Below, in pieces: positions 9,479 to 19,257 of a DNA stretch of 64,000 bases. How positions within the stretch are numbered: position 1 is the stretch's first letter; every line of letters starts with the position of its first letter. The translations under genes were made by a program, and so were the position numbers. The notes below the pieces were generated by a model that saw only the letters and a list, made by a program, of their open reading frames with translations, was not told where the DNA came from and did no database searches. Source of the stretch: a virus. Lineage: Duplodnaviria; Caudoviricetes. Location: IMG/VR virus record IMGVR_UViG_2885028616_000003, positions 46,985-110,984 of that record; one strand, written 5' to 3'.

Positions 9479-11055
9479 CGGGCGGACACCTCCAGTCGGG
9501 ATCGGGGGGTCGCGGTGGCCGCCAGGCTGGTGCGCGCGGTCACCGTCAGCGCGGCAGAGGAGGCCGTGACGGCGATGGCCCCGGGTACGTCTGGTGGAGG
9601 GGCGCCGGTGGTGCTGCCGACGGCTGCGTCGGCCAGGGCGAGCATGTCGACCGCGGCGGCGTACAGGGTGACGGTGGCGGTCGCGGTGTCGTCCAGCACC
9701 ACGCCGTCGTCGGCGGTCCGGGTGCGGCTGCCCACGGCGGTAGCGCTGCCGGTGAGGGTGAGCGTGTCGGCCACCGGCGCCCGCGCGGCGAGGATCCGCG
9801 CGGCGGTGTCGGTGACGGTGAGCGTGTCGTCCGCAGTCACGGTGTGCCCGGTGAAGGCGTCGGCCACGTCGCCCAACTCGAGGCCGTCGTCGGCGGTCCG
9901 CGCGGTCGCGGTCGCGCGGCTGGTGGCGTCGGCGAGGGCGAGGCCTTCGGCGCAGGTGCGGTTGGTGGCCGTGGCCGCGGCGGCGGCGTCGGCCGCCGTG
10001 AGGGAGTCGGTGGCTGTCGCGGTGTGGCCGGTGAAGGCCTCGGCGGCGTCGGCCAGGCCGAGGCCCTCGGTGACGGGGCGGGAGGCTGCCCAGACGCGGG
10101 CTGGGCTGTCGTCGAGGGTGAGCTGGTCACTGCCAGCGCGGACGGCGGTGGTCGCCGCGGTGGCCGCGTCGGTGGCAGTGAGGGCGTCGCTCGCCGAGCG
10201 GGCCCCCGCACTTGCTCGGTTGGCCGCGTCGCCGAGCGTGAGGGCGTCAGTGCCAGCGCGCGCTCGGGTGCCCGATGCGCTGGCCGCATCCCCGACGGTG
10301 AGGGTGTCGGTGCCGGTCCGGGCGGTCGCAGCCGAGCGGCCCACGGAGTCGGTGAGGGTGAGGGTGTCGGTCGCGGTGCCGGTCGACGCGACGGCGGCGG
10401 TGGGGACCGCGAGCGTCCACGTCGTCACCCCGATCACCGCAGCCGACCCGATGAGGTTGTCGGGGGTGGCCGCGATGTTCGCAGCGTGGCTGGTGGTGAG
10501 GTCGTCGGCGATCCCGGAGAACGTGCCGCCCGACCCGCTGCCTGCGGAGCCTGAGTGGACGCGCACGGTGTAGGTGCTGCCGCCCGGGACCGACAGTGAC
10601 GTCGACCCGGACGAGGACCGCTCCCCCATCATCGTGACGATCACACAGGTCGCGATGGTGGGCGTCACCGCAGGGCACGGATGCGAGGTGACCGATGACG
10701 TCTCGTCCAGGAACGCGATCTTGTGGATGGGGGTGGCGGTGTCGACACCTCGCAGCACCCGCACCGAGAGGGTCTGCCGGTTCGTGCCCGCCGCCGTCAC
10801 GCTGATGCTTCCGGACTCCGAGCCCGTACAGACCCGGCTGTAGATCCGGCTCCGCATCGACCCGCTCGCGGAGTCGCGGGTTCCCTCGAGGGTCCACCCA
10901 GACGGATCACCGGTGACCGTCTGCGCGGACCCGAGCGTCCAGATCAGATACGCGCAGTCGCCCGCCGCAGGGGTCGCGGTGAGGGCGGACCAGGCGAGGG
11001 TGAGGGTCTGGACGTTTCCGCCGGCAGTGCCGGTCGCGACGCCCGAGACCGCCAC
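9475..11055 (-). CDS. Long Ala/Thr-rich fibre-like protein with DxLxLxD repeats
   Basis: 526 aa; more than 10 copies of a roughly 21 aa repeat (TDTLTLTD, TDALTLGD, TEGLGLAD, ADTLTLTG). Confidence 0.7.
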   Translation of the reverse strand: MAVSGVATGTAGGNVQTLTLAWSALTATPAAGDCAYLIWTLGSAQTVTGDPSGWTLEGTRDSASGSMRSRIYSRVCTGSESGSISVTAAGTNRQTLSVRVLRGVDTATPIHKIAFLDETSSVTSHPCPAVTPTIATCVIVTMMGERSSSGSTSLSVPGGSTYTVRVHSGSAGSGSGGTFSGIADDLTTSHAANIAATPDNLIGSAAVIGVTTWTLAVPTAAVASTGTATDTLTLTDSVGRSAATARTGTDTLTVGDAASASGTRARAGTDALTLGDAANRASAGARSASDALTATDAATAATTAVRAGSDQLTLDDSPARVWAASRPVTEGLGLADAAEAFTGHTATATDSLTAADAAAAATATNRTCAEGLALADATSRATATARTADDGLELGDVADAFTGHTVTADDTLTVTDTAARILAARAPVADTLTLTGSATAVGSRTRTADDGVVLDDTATATVTLYAAAVDMLALADAAVGSTTGAPPPDVPGAIAVTASSAALTVTARTSLAATATPRSRLEVSAR

Positions 11056-11068
11056 CCCGCCACCCAGG

Positions 11069-11461
11069 TCAGGAAGCGGTGACGGTGTCGGTGATGGTGA
11101 TGCTGTCGCCGCTGGCCGACAGCGTAGCCGTCGCGCTGAGCAGGGTCTCGTTCGTCATCGTCCCGCTCGACGCCGCATTGAAGATCCCGATCTTGGCGAT
11201 GACCACTGGCAGTGAGTCGGACCCGTTCGCCGTGAATGTCTTGCTGAGGGTGGCTGTGGCCTGCCCGTTGGTGTGCGCGTACGTCGCCTGCGCCCGCACC
11301 AGCCCACCACCCGAAGTGGTGATCTCCCCCGACAGCGACGTGTTCGACGCCGACGGCGACGTGCTGTTCGCGGTCAGGGCGATGTAGTTCGCCGCGGCGG
11401 GCTGCGCGCTGGTGCCGTACACGCACGCCAGCGCGTGATCCCGGCCGCCGTTGGTCAGCAT
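11069..11461 (-). CDS. Structural protein, collar/fibre-anchor-like
   Basis: LTNGGRD...YIAL...LSGE...KIGIFNAASSGTM..ET motif. Confidence 0.6.
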   Translation of the reverse strand: MLTNGGRDHALACVYGTSAQPAAANYIALTANSTSPSASNTSLSGEITTSGGGLVRAQATYAHTNGQATATLSKTFTANGSDSLPVVIAKIGIFNAASSGTMTNETLLSATATLSASGDSITITDTVTAS

Positions 11462-11464
11462 CCC

Positions 11465-11773
11465 TCAGCCCTCCTCGTCCGGCTCGGGGTCGCGGACCTC
11501 GCAGCGGTAGTGCGCCGCGAGGAACTGAGCGACCGCCGGGTTCGTGGACGCCACCCACGCCGGCGCGCCATCGGAGTGGTACGCCCACGCCCCACCCGGC
11601 GCCGTGATCGTCGTGAAGATCTCACCGAGCGATGTCCCGGCCGGGGGCCGCACGGTGGTGCACCGCCGCCCTTCCGGCAGTGGCGTCCGCGTCACGGTGC
11701 CGTCGTCGCCGCGGCGGATGTCGACCGCGGCCCGGTTCCCCAGGTACACCACGACCTGCTCGTCGTCGCCCAT
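11465..11773 (-). CDS. Hypothetical protein
   Basis: 102 aa, tightly packed in operon. Confidence 0.65.
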   Translation of the reverse strand: MGDDEQVVVYLGNRAAVDIRRGDDGTVTRTPLPEGRRCTTVRPPAGTSLGEIFTTITAPGGAWAYHSDGAPAWVASTNPAVAQFLAAHYRCEVRDPEPDEEG

Positions 11774-11778
11774 GCTCG

Positions 11779-12021
11779 TCAGGTCTCGATGATCCCGGCG
11801 GCCCGCAGCGACGCGAGCAGCGAGTTCAGCTTGGTCTTCAGTTCGTTGATCAGGTCGGCTTCGGGCTGGCCGTACGTCGCGTCCGCGTTGGCGGTGGCGA
11901 CGTCGGCGACGGCGTCGCCCTGGCTGAGGCCGCCCGCGTCGCCGAGCTGGGCGGCGGGGACGTGGCCGTCGGAATCGAGAGTGGCGAGCCCGTTCGGCTG
12001 GCCCTTGGCAGTGGAGCCCAC
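11779..12021 (-). CDS. Head fibre-like protein
   Basis: GTG at 12021 after AGGAAGGGG; KGQPNGLATLD...ELKTKLNSLLASLRAAGII. Confidence 0.7.
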   Translation of the reverse strand: MGSTAKGQPNGLATLDSDGHVPAAQLGDAGGLSQGDAVADVATANADATYGQPEADLINELKTKLNSLLASLRAAGIIET

Positions 12022-12022
12022 G

Positions 12023-12277
12023 TCAGGCCCCCTTCCTGGATCGGGTGCGCGGCGCGCCCGCCTGTGCGGGTGCCTTGCGCGCGGAGGGCTTGCGGGCCGG
12101 CTCGGTGAGCGGCCGGGCCGGGGTGGCCGGTGGCGCAGGTTCCCGCAGTTCCACCGGCTCACCCTCGGCCGGGTCCGGCGCGGGTGCGGGGAGCCGGTCA
12201 CGGATCTCGCCCAGCCGGTCGTGGATCGCGGCGAGGTACACGTCGGTGACCGTGACCGGCGGCGGCAGCGTGCTCAC
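12023..12277 (-). CDS. Hypothetical protein after capsid
   Basis: 84 aa, LPPPVTVTDVYLAAIHDRL; co-oriented. Confidence 0.6.
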   Translation of the reverse strand: MSTLPPPVTVTDVYLAAIHDRLGEIRDRLPAPAPDPAEGEPVELREPAPPATPARPLTEPARKPSARKAPAQAGAPRTRSRKGA

Positions 12278-12308
12278 TGCCGCCTGCCTGCCCGTATCGC
12301 GAGGGTTG

Positions 12309-13469
12309 TCACGAACCGGAACCGTTCGAGGCCACCGAGGACTTCGGGTCCATCAGCGTCCCGCCGAACACATACCGGACCTTGTAGTCGATGCTGTCGG
12401 TGCGGAAGTCGCCGTCCATCGGGTCGACCGCACCGCCACCGACGCGGACGGCGTTCGGGGACTGCATGAACAGTTCCGGGGTCTCGTGCCCGGTGAGGAA
12501 CCCGATCTCCATCGCCGGGCGGCCCACGCTCGGGTTGGCGAACAGGTACCAGGCGGTGTTCCCCGAGGTGGAGTCGATGATCGGGAGCCACGGGTCCACG
12601 ACCAGCTTGACCCTGTTCCGCATCCAGTTGGTGACGCGGAGCTGGTTGTTGCCGGTGCCGTCGCCGCCGCCAGCCGCGGCGATGATCTCGGTGGCGTTGA
12701 TGATGTTCAGCGCCGTGATCTCCAGCGCCGGCGGCACGACCAGGGTGACGGCGTCGATGTAGATCGGGTTGCCGTCCGAGTCCTTCTGCGCGGCGAGGAC
12801 CCGGAACGCGGTGTTCAGGCCCTCGATGCCCAGGGCGGGGTTGCCGGTGACCTGGTTGGCGTTGCCGGAGGAGTAGAACGTCGCGTTCGGGCCGCTGCTG
12901 GAGGCGAACAGGGTGGTGAAGAACTTCTCCTCGGAGAACTTCGCGGAGTTGGCGAGCCGGTCGGGCATGTCGCGCAGCGCGTCGAGGTCGTCGTTGATGA
13001 AGTCCTCCCACGTGAAGGGGAGGCGCTTGCCGAACTTCTTGACCGAGTACTCGTACTTGCCGTCGGTGACGGCGGCCGCCGGGTACTCGGTGTTCTGCGG
13101 CACCTCGTCCAGGACGGCCTCGCCGCCGTCGAGGGTGAACCGCTTGACCTTCCTGAAGTCCCGGACGCGGCCGCGGCGGGCGATCTGGTCCCACATCACG
13201 TTCCGGTGCTGGTACTTGGCCAGGAGCTGCCGGTCGAGGATGTCGGCGAACAGGTACTGGAAGTCGCTGGTGGTCATCGCCTCCTGGAGGCGGTCGACCT
13301 TCTGGCGGCCGTTGAGGACGTCGGCGTACAGGCGGCCGGCCTCCAGGAGCGCCCGCTTGTAGTTGGGGTCGTTGCGGCCGCCGCGGACCCGGCGGCCCTC
13401 CCGGGCGTACAGGGCGCGCTCGGAGGCGTCCCTGTGGTTGTAGCTCTCGATCAGGTCGAGGATTTCCAT
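12309..13469 (-). CDS. Major capsid protein (Mu gpT-like)
   Basis: EAMTTSDF...VRDFR...KFGK...TWE.FINDDL...LVVPPALE...WYLFA...YKVR motifs. Confidence 0.92.
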   Translation of the reverse strand: MEILDLIESYNHRDASERALYAREGRRVRGGRNDPNYKRALLEAGRLYADVLNGRQKVDRLQEAMTTSDFQYLFADILDRQLLAKYQHRNVMWDQIARRGRVRDFRKVKRFTLDGGEAVLDEVPQNTEYPAAAVTDGKYEYSVKKFGKRLPFTWEDFINDDLDALRDMPDRLANSAKFSEEKFFTTLFASSSGPNATFYSSGNANQVTGNPALGIEGLNTAFRVLAAQKDSDGNPIYIDAVTLVVPPALEITALNIINATEIIAAAGGGDGTGNNQLRVTNWMRNRVKLVVDPWLPIIDSTSGNTAWYLFANPSVGRPAMEIGFLTGHETPELFMQSPNAVRVGGGAVDPMDGDFRTDSIDYKVRYVFGGTLMDPKSSVASNGSGS

Positions 13470-13578
13470 GGGTGATCCTTCTGCTGCGGGCGCTCCGCGC
13501 CGAGGGCATGCGAAAGCCCCCGGACCCGTGGGGGCGGAGGCGAGGAGAAGAGAGGAGACCGCCGGGGCGGTCAGACGG

Positions 13579-13953
13579 TCAGTTGGACAGGCGGACCCGG
13601 ATCGTGCCGGTCGCGCCGGCCGCGATGAGGTTCCCCGAGGTGTAGCCGGCGGGCTCGACCGCGTGGCCGACGAACCGGCCGCTGGAGGTCTTGGAGATCG
13701 GCGGGTCGTTGGCGTCGACGTAGTACAGCTTGTCGCCGGGCGCGACCGCGGAGTCGGATCCGGTGGTGCCCTTCACGCTCAGCAGGTGCACGCCCTGGAA
13801 GGTCACGGACGTCTTGCCGTTGGCGTCCTCGGTCGTGGTGGCGACGCCGACGAGCTCGCCGTAGCGGACCGGGTCGCCCGACACCGGGGACGTGGGGTGG
13901 GAGCAGGTGACCGACAGGTCGGCGCCCTGCTTGAAGACCTCGTTCTTCGCCAT
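13579..13953 (-). CDS. Capsid cement/decoration protein (DUF2190-like)
   Basis: MAKN....G..L....P.SGDPV..G.LVGVA...GDKLYY...G.A motif. Confidence 0.8.
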   Translation of the reverse strand: MAKNEVFKQGADLSVTCSHPTSPVSGDPVRYGELVGVATTTEDANGKTSVTFQGVHLLSVKGTTGSDSAVAPGDKLYYVDANDPPISKTSSGRFVGHAVEPAGYTSGNLIAAGATGTIRVRLSN

Positions 13954-13966
13954 GCTGCTGTCTCCT

Positions 13967-15748
13967 TCAGCGGCCCGTGGCCGCGATCTTCGCTTCGTCG
14001 GCGGTCATGCCGATGTCCTGGAGCGACTCGGCCAGCGCCTTGTCCAGGTCGCCGTCGCTGTCGCCCGCCGGGGTCGGGTCGGAGGTAAGGCCGCGGGGCA
14101 GGCCGTAGCCGCGGGCCTCGTCCAGCTCGGCCAGGTAGGACTTGTGGTCCTGGATCGCGGTCTTGACGGCCTCGCCGAAGGCGGTCTCGTCGAGGGCGCC
14201 GTCGTCGCCGGTCGGGAGCGTGACGGTGGCCTCGCGCAGGACGCGGGGGTGCGCCTGCGTCGGCAGCCCGGACGTGGCGAGCGACGCCTCGCACAGGGTG
14301 CGGGCGCGCACGAGGTTGTCGCGGGCCTGGTCGCGCTTGCCGGCCTCGGCGAGCGCGGTCTCCAGCGTCTCGATCTTCTGGCCCTGCGACTCGATGAGCT
14401 GCGCCGCCTGGTCCAGGCGGCCGATCGCCTCGTCGAGGCGGGTCTTGGTCGCGGCAGCCTCGTTGAGCGTGCTGAGCTGCTCGTCGCTGATCTCGGGCAT
14501 CGCGCCCTCCTTCATCGTCTTGGGCGCGGGCTTGCTGCCCGGCGCGTCCTTGGCCTTGGCCTTCTTGGCCTTCGGGTCGTCCTCGCCCTCACCGTCGGCG
14601 GGGGCGTCCTTGCCGGCATCGCCGGTGTCCTCGTCGTCCTTCTTGGCGAACAGGAAGGGCGGCTTCTTCCCCGCCTCCGACATCGGCTCCTGCCCGCCGT
14701 CCTCGTCGGGCGGGAAGGACCAGGGGCCGCGCTGATACAGCTGCGGCGCGTCCTTCTCCAGCCGGGCGACGAGTGTGCCGAGCGCGTCCCCAAGCGCCGA
14801 GGAGAGAGTGATGCGCTCGTCGCGGGTGAGGCGCCCGTCGCAGTACATGTCGTCGGCGAGGATCGTGAAGGCCGTGTGGGTGCGCGCTTCGATCCGGGCC
14901 CCGATCGTGGCGCCGGCCTCCCGCAGCTCCTCGCGGCTGGGCGGGACGGCCGACTCCTTCGCCGACGACTTCGTCCAGTCGGCGGGGATCAGGTCGCTCT
15001 TCCCGAGCGCCTTGGCGCGCTTGATGATGTGCGCGCGGATCTTGTCGTGGTCGGCGCCGCCGCGACCGACCGCGCGGATCGCGTTGCGGAGGTCCTGCTC
15101 GTCGGCGATCGGGTACGCGGGGTCACCGTCGGGGTTCTTCATCGCGTGGCCCTTGCCGAGCATGGCCTTCATCTGGGCGGCGTCGTACTTCGCCTCCCAC
15201 AGCCGCACGGCCTGAGCATTGGCGTCGGTCTGCTCGCGGGCGGACTCGATCAGCTCCAGCACCCGACCACCCGCTCCAGCGCGGGTGACCCAGTCGACGG
15301 AGATGCCCTCGTTCAGGGACTTCACGATCGGGCCCTCACGCCCTTCGGCCTCACCGTGCTCTGCGACACCCGTGGCCCTGATCGACAGGCCAACGTGTTC
15401 GGCGAACGTCGGGTTCAGCAGTTCCTGCCACTGCGGGAAGACCTGCACGTCCGCGACCAGACCGTTCTCGGCCTCGTCCCAGACGGGGTCGGAGACGAAC
15501 ACGCCTGCCCAGTCCTTCACTGACCGTTCCGGCCGCTCGGCGGACTCGGTCAGGGTCGGGTGGTCCAGGTATTGCTGGGTGCCTGCAGGCCAGACCTTGG
15601 GGCCGTCGCGCTCCAGTACCTCGGGGCCGTAATAGCCCGATGAGCCCCATCCCGCCCGGATCAGGAGCACTCGGTACCGGCCGGACCCGTCGCCCTTCGG
15701 AGTGAGGGTGGCAGTGGGGAACGCTTCGTTGAGCGTAAGCCGGTCCAT
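13967..15748 (-). CDS. Prohead protease-scaffold fusion with inserted helical domain
   Basis: IRAGWGSSGYY...YLDHPT...GLSI...SVDWVTRAGAGG protease motifs; coiled-coil C-terminus. Confidence 0.85.
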   Translation of the reverse strand: MDRLTLNEAFPTATLTPKGDGSGRYRVLLIRAGWGSSGYYGPEVLERDGPKVWPAGTQQYLDHPTLTESAERPERSVKDWAGVFVSDPVWDEAENGLVADVQVFPQWQELLNPTFAEHVGLSIRATGVAEHGEAEGREGPIVKSLNEGISVDWVTRAGAGGRVLELIESAREQTDANAQAVRLWEAKYDAAQMKAMLGKGHAMKNPDGDPAYPIADEQDLRNAIRAVGRGGADHDKIRAHIIKRAKALGKSDLIPADWTKSSAKESAVPPSREELREAGATIGARIEARTHTAFTILADDMYCDGRLTRDERITLSSALGDALGTLVARLEKDAPQLYQRGPWSFPPDEDGGQEPMSEAGKKPPFLFAKKDDEDTGDAGKDAPADGEGEDDPKAKKAKAKDAPGSKPAPKTMKEGAMPEISDEQLSTLNEAAATKTRLDEAIGRLDQAAQLIESQGQKIETLETALAEAGKRDQARDNLVRARTLCEASLATSGLPTQAHPRVLREATVTLPTGDDGALDETAFGEAVKTAIQDHKSYLAELDEARGYGLPRGLTSDPTPAGDSDGDLDKALAESLQDIGMTADEAKIAATGR

Positions 15749-16007
15749 GGTCAGACCTCCGTATGGGGCGTGAGCTGCGTGGTCGAGGACGCGACGCTAG
15801 GTGGGACGGCCCCGTACGGTCGCCGCATGGATGAAGAGCAGTGCCCCGAGGGGCTGTGGGAATGCCGGAGCATCCGGTGGTGAACGGGGTTGTGCTCTAT
15901 GACCGCGTCACCGAGCGGACTTGCCCGAACGAGGCGGAGCACCAGCGGGCTGTCCAGCGTCGAAAGCCGGTCTACTTCTTCAAACCGCGCGAGGACGGCG
16001 ACGGCTC

Positions 16008-16154
16008 CTAGCGGATCCAGTCGCCGCTGGCGGGAAGGCCAGCCAGCGCCAGCAGGACGACGGCGGCGGCCAGCAGCGCGAGCTGCCAGCCGCGGTCGAC
16101 GGCGGCCCAGACCAGCGCGATGACGGCGATGATGAGCGCTGCGAGCGTCATCAT
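16008..16154 (-). CDS. Small membrane protein (48 aa, two hydrophobic segments)
   Basis: ATG overlaps the upstream stop; MMTLAALIIAVIALVWAAVDRGWQLALLAAAVVLLALAGLP. Confidence 0.6.
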   Translation of the reverse strand: MMTLAALIIAVIALVWAAVDRGWQLALLAAAVVLLALAGLPASGDWIR

Positions 16155-16504
16155 CGGACCGTCCTGCTGGCGAGCTCGGCCGCGGCCTGGGCGAGGCCCT
16201 GCAGCGCGGCCGCGGCGTCGCTGCACGCCATGGGCAGCCGGCGCACGGCGTCGGCGGCGGCGTGGTCGTCGCCGGGGTCGGTCTGGTTGAGGTCGTTGCA
16301 GCGGTCGACCAGGTCGTCGAGGGCGGCGCGGGTGTCCTCGCTGAACGCGCGGGCGTCGACCGCGATCTTGTTGGCCTGGTCGGCGTAGCTCTCGGACGCC
16401 TTCTGGTCCTCGGTCGGCGCCTTGTCCTCGGAGGCCTTGCTCTCGTTGGCCTTGTTCTTGGCCGGGGTCCGGTTCTGGCTGGTGTCGGTCTTGCGCGTGG
16501 CCAT
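16151..16504 (-). CDS. Hypothetical protein
   Basis: 117 aa, strong GAGGAGGAG RBS. Confidence 0.7.
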   Translation of the reverse strand: MATRKTDTSQNRTPAKNKANESKASEDKAPTEDQKASESYADQANKIAVDARAFSEDTRAALDDLVDRCNDLNQTDPGDDHAAADAVRRLPMACSDAAAALQGLAQAAAELASRTVR

Positions 16505-16515
16505 GCTGCTCCTCC

Positions 16516-17550
16516 TCAGGTGAGGTCTTTGAGCGGGACGACGGTGTACGAAGGGCGCCAGCCGGGGTTGTCGCGGCGCCGCGCGAGGTCTGTCCAGGCG
16601 ACCTGGCCGGTGTCGAGCAGGTGCAGCCGGCCGGGGCCCATGATGCGGAGCTGGTCGGCGCGGGGCAGCGCACGGAACACGGCCTCGGCGTCCGGGGTCG
16701 CGTCGGTGGGCTCAGTGCCGGGGAGGCCGAGGTCGGCCCAGGATTTGAGGACGGGGACGCGGCGGCAGCGGCCGGCGGGGTGGTCGAGCGGCCCCGGTTC
16801 GGACAGCGGGTAGGTCGTGCCGTGCAGCGCCCAGCAGCTCGGGCATACATCGGTGTCCAGGCGGGAGATCCAAGCCCAGCCGGACAGCAGGTCCGCGGCC
16901 GTGTCCTGGGTAGCTTGGGCGGCGGCGCGGTGCGCGTCCATGATCTCGGTGCGGGCGACCAGGAGCGTCCGGGCGAGCGCGGCGCTGGAGTGCTGCTGCG
17001 CGCCGTTGAGGACCTGCTCGATCGCGCGCCGCGGGTCAGTGGAGCGGTGCCCGCGGATGACCTCGCCGCGGATCGCATCGCCGATCTGGCCAGGCATCGA
17101 CTGCAGCGTCTCGGCCGCGGCCTTGCGCGCACGGCGGGCGAGGTCGGTGATGTCGTCGTCGGCGAGGGCGGCGACGCCGTCGGTGAGGCCCACCCCGGGC
17201 GGTAGCTGCGAGACGATCATGGCGGCTTGTGCGGCGGCCGCGGATCTGGCGGCTTCCTGCGCGGCGGTCTCGATCAGCGCGGCGGCGAGGTCGGCGAGCC
17301 GGACGAACGTGAACTGGAGGCCGGCGAACGCGATCTGGAGCCGGAACGAGGCGTTGAGCTGGCGGCGGGTCGGCCACGCTGCGGCGGCCGCGGCGACCAG
17401 CCCGGCGAGGATCGCCGTGAGCTGCGCGTCCTGCGCTGCCCACGAGGTCGCCCAGGCGGCGGTGAGGTCGCGGGTGACCTGGTCGAGGCGGGTGTCGGTC
17501 GCGGCGCGGTCGGCCGCGACGGCCTGAAGCGTCGCCGGTGTCGGCGGCAT
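16516..17550 (-). CDS. MuF-like minor head protein
   Basis: ARTE...W.W.S.LD...CPSC.ALHG...HP..RC motif; follows portal. Confidence 0.88.
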   Translation of the reverse strand: MPPTPATLQAVAADRAATDTRLDQVTRDLTAAWATSWAAQDAQLTAILAGLVAAAAAAWPTRRQLNASFRLQIAFAGLQFTFVRLADLAAALIETAAQEAARSAAAAQAAMIVSQLPPGVGLTDGVAALADDDITDLARRARKAAAETLQSMPGQIGDAIRGEVIRGHRSTDPRRAIEQVLNGAQQHSSAALARTLLVARTEIMDAHRAAAQATQDTAADLLSGWAWISRLDTDVCPSCWALHGTTYPLSEPGPLDHPAGRCRRVPVLKSWADLGLPGTEPTDATPDAEAVFRALPRADQLRIMGPGRLHLLDTGQVAWTDLARRRDNPGWRPSYTVVPLKDLT

Positions 17551-19238
17551 CAGGCGTTCGCGGGCTCGGGGACCTCGGCGTCCTTGGCCGTGGGGTCGTT
17601 GTCTCGCCGGAGCCCTGCCCGCTTCTGGCCGAGCGCTCCGGCAGGGTCTTCGCCGCGGTTGAACGCATCGATCGCGGCCTGCCCCGCCGCGCCGAGCGAA
17701 CCCTGCGGTGAGAGGAACTCTCCGTCGTCGCCGGTGAGCTGGTCGATGATCTCGTCGATGTTCTTCACGCCGAGGGCGTCCAGCAGCAGACGCGCCACCA
17801 CGAGAGGCGGCAGGTAGGTGGTCTGGTCGGCGAGGGTGATGGCCTCGATGACCTGGGCGGGGTTGACGTCATCGAGGTCGGGCCAGGTGATGTCGACCGT
17901 GCGGTCGGTGTCGCCGTCGAGTTCGATGCGTTCGAGGCCGTCCTCGTCGAGGGTGACCGTGCCGGACAGGGCGCCCATCGGGGCTTTCACGGCCTGGTCG
18001 ATGACGTAGTCGAGGATGGTGCGGCGGACGTCGGTCCATAGTTCGCGGCGCATCTGCATGGCCAGCTCGGTGGGCTGGTCGAGGGTTTGTGCGGTGGCGC
18101 GGGAGCCGGTGACGCCGGGGTCGCCAAGCAGCATCGTGACCGGGAGGTCGAGCGCGGCGGCGATCATCGCGGCGAGCGGCCTCCCGGACTCGGAGTCGAT
18201 CGTCGCGCCGCTCTTGGGGATGCTTTCCAGGGCCATGTCGGGCGGCAGCATCGCGGTCGCGCCGGCGGAGTTCGGCTCCCCCGTGAGGCGGTCGTGGCTC
18301 GGCGCGGCGGCGATGCGTGCGCGGGCCTGCGCCTGCTTGCGGCCCGGCGTGGTGAGCCGCCACGCGAACCGGCTCAACGACTTGATGAGGCGGGCCCAGT
18401 CCGTCAGGAACTCGGTGTAAGCGCGAGCCCAGTCGACGGCGGCGTAGGAGTCGGGGATGCCCCACTTCCAGTGGAGCGGCGAGTTCACGGCGACGTGCAG
18501 GACCGGGGCGTCCCAGAACACCTCGACGAGACCGCCGTCGCCCTGCCCGGCGAACGACATGCGGCGGGGGCGGAGGCGTGGCCGGTAGCCGAGCGCCGGG
18601 TAGTAGGCGATGCGGCGCCGGTCCACGACACCGGAACCCGTCTGCTCTTCCTCGTACCACTCACGCCGGTAGAACCACGGCTCGCTGCGGTCCTGCGGGT
18701 TGGTGATCACATCAGTGATCTCGTCCCACGGAATCGTCCGCACCTGCACCCGGCCGGTCTTCGGTCGGGTGAACAGCGCGAAGAACAGGTTCCCGTCGCT
18801 CCCGAGGGCCCGCTCCAGGTCCTCGCACGCACCCAGGGAGGAGAACGTTCGCCGGTTCGACGGGTCGGCCAGGAACCGCTGGACGACGTCGTTGACGTCC
18901 TGCTCCCCCGGCCGCTTGCCCTGCGCGCGGGCGGAGGTCTGGACGCCCTGCCCGAACACGTAGCTCGCGCGGAGCGACAGCCCTCTTTTGATCAGTGGGT
19001 TCTTCAGGGCCATGATCCGGCACACGGCCGTGATCTGCCGCAGCCCGTCCCGGCTGAACTCCTGGTCCGCCATGGCGGTGAGCCGCTGCCAGCCCGGCTC
19101 GTTCATCCGGCTTTCGAGATCGGACAGCGTCTCGGTGAGGTGGGACACCATCGCCCGCTCAGCGCGCACAGCCTCAGCCAGCTCGGTGCGGCCGGTCACC
19201 CGGTAGAAGGTCTCCTGAAGACGGTCGAGGACGGGCAC
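17550..19238 (-). CDS. Portal protein
   Basis: Follows TerL; NPLIKRGL..R..YVFGQGV, DGNLF, GIPD.YA..DWA; probable GTG start at 19238 after GAGGGGG. Confidence 0.88.
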   Translation of the reverse strand: MPVLDRLQETFYRVTGRTELAEAVRAERAMVSHLTETLSDLESRMNEPGWQRLTAMADQEFSRDGLRQITAVCRIMALKNPLIKRGLSLRASYVFGQGVQTSARAQGKRPGEQDVNDVVQRFLADPSNRRTFSSLGACEDLERALGSDGNLFFALFTRPKTGRVQVRTIPWDEITDVITNPQDRSEPWFYRREWYEEEQTGSGVVDRRRIAYYPALGYRPRLRPRRMSFAGQGDGGLVEVFWDAPVLHVAVNSPLHWKWGIPDSYAAVDWARAYTEFLTDWARLIKSLSRFAWRLTTPGRKQAQARARIAAAPSHDRLTGEPNSAGATAMLPPDMALESIPKSGATIDSESGRPLAAMIAAALDLPVTMLLGDPGVTGSRATAQTLDQPTELAMQMRRELWTDVRRTILDYVIDQAVKAPMGALSGTVTLDEDGLERIELDGDTDRTVDITWPDLDDVNPAQVIEAITLADQTTYLPPLVVARLLLDALGVKNIDEIIDQLTGDDGEFLSPQGSLGAAGQAAIDAFNRGEDPAGALGQKRAGLRRDNDPTAKDAEVPEPANA

Positions 19239-19257
19239 GGCCACCCCCTCGGGCTGC

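Noticed and set aside
15751-15942. 63 aa ORF upstream of the protease gene
   Set aside because: No RBS or recognisable motif; more likely intergenic regulatory DNA
18007-18015. TAGTCGAGG in the portal gene equals one spacer
   Set aside because: A single 9-mer match is expected by chance and the partner spacer does not match beside it; I could not do a full self-target search by eye
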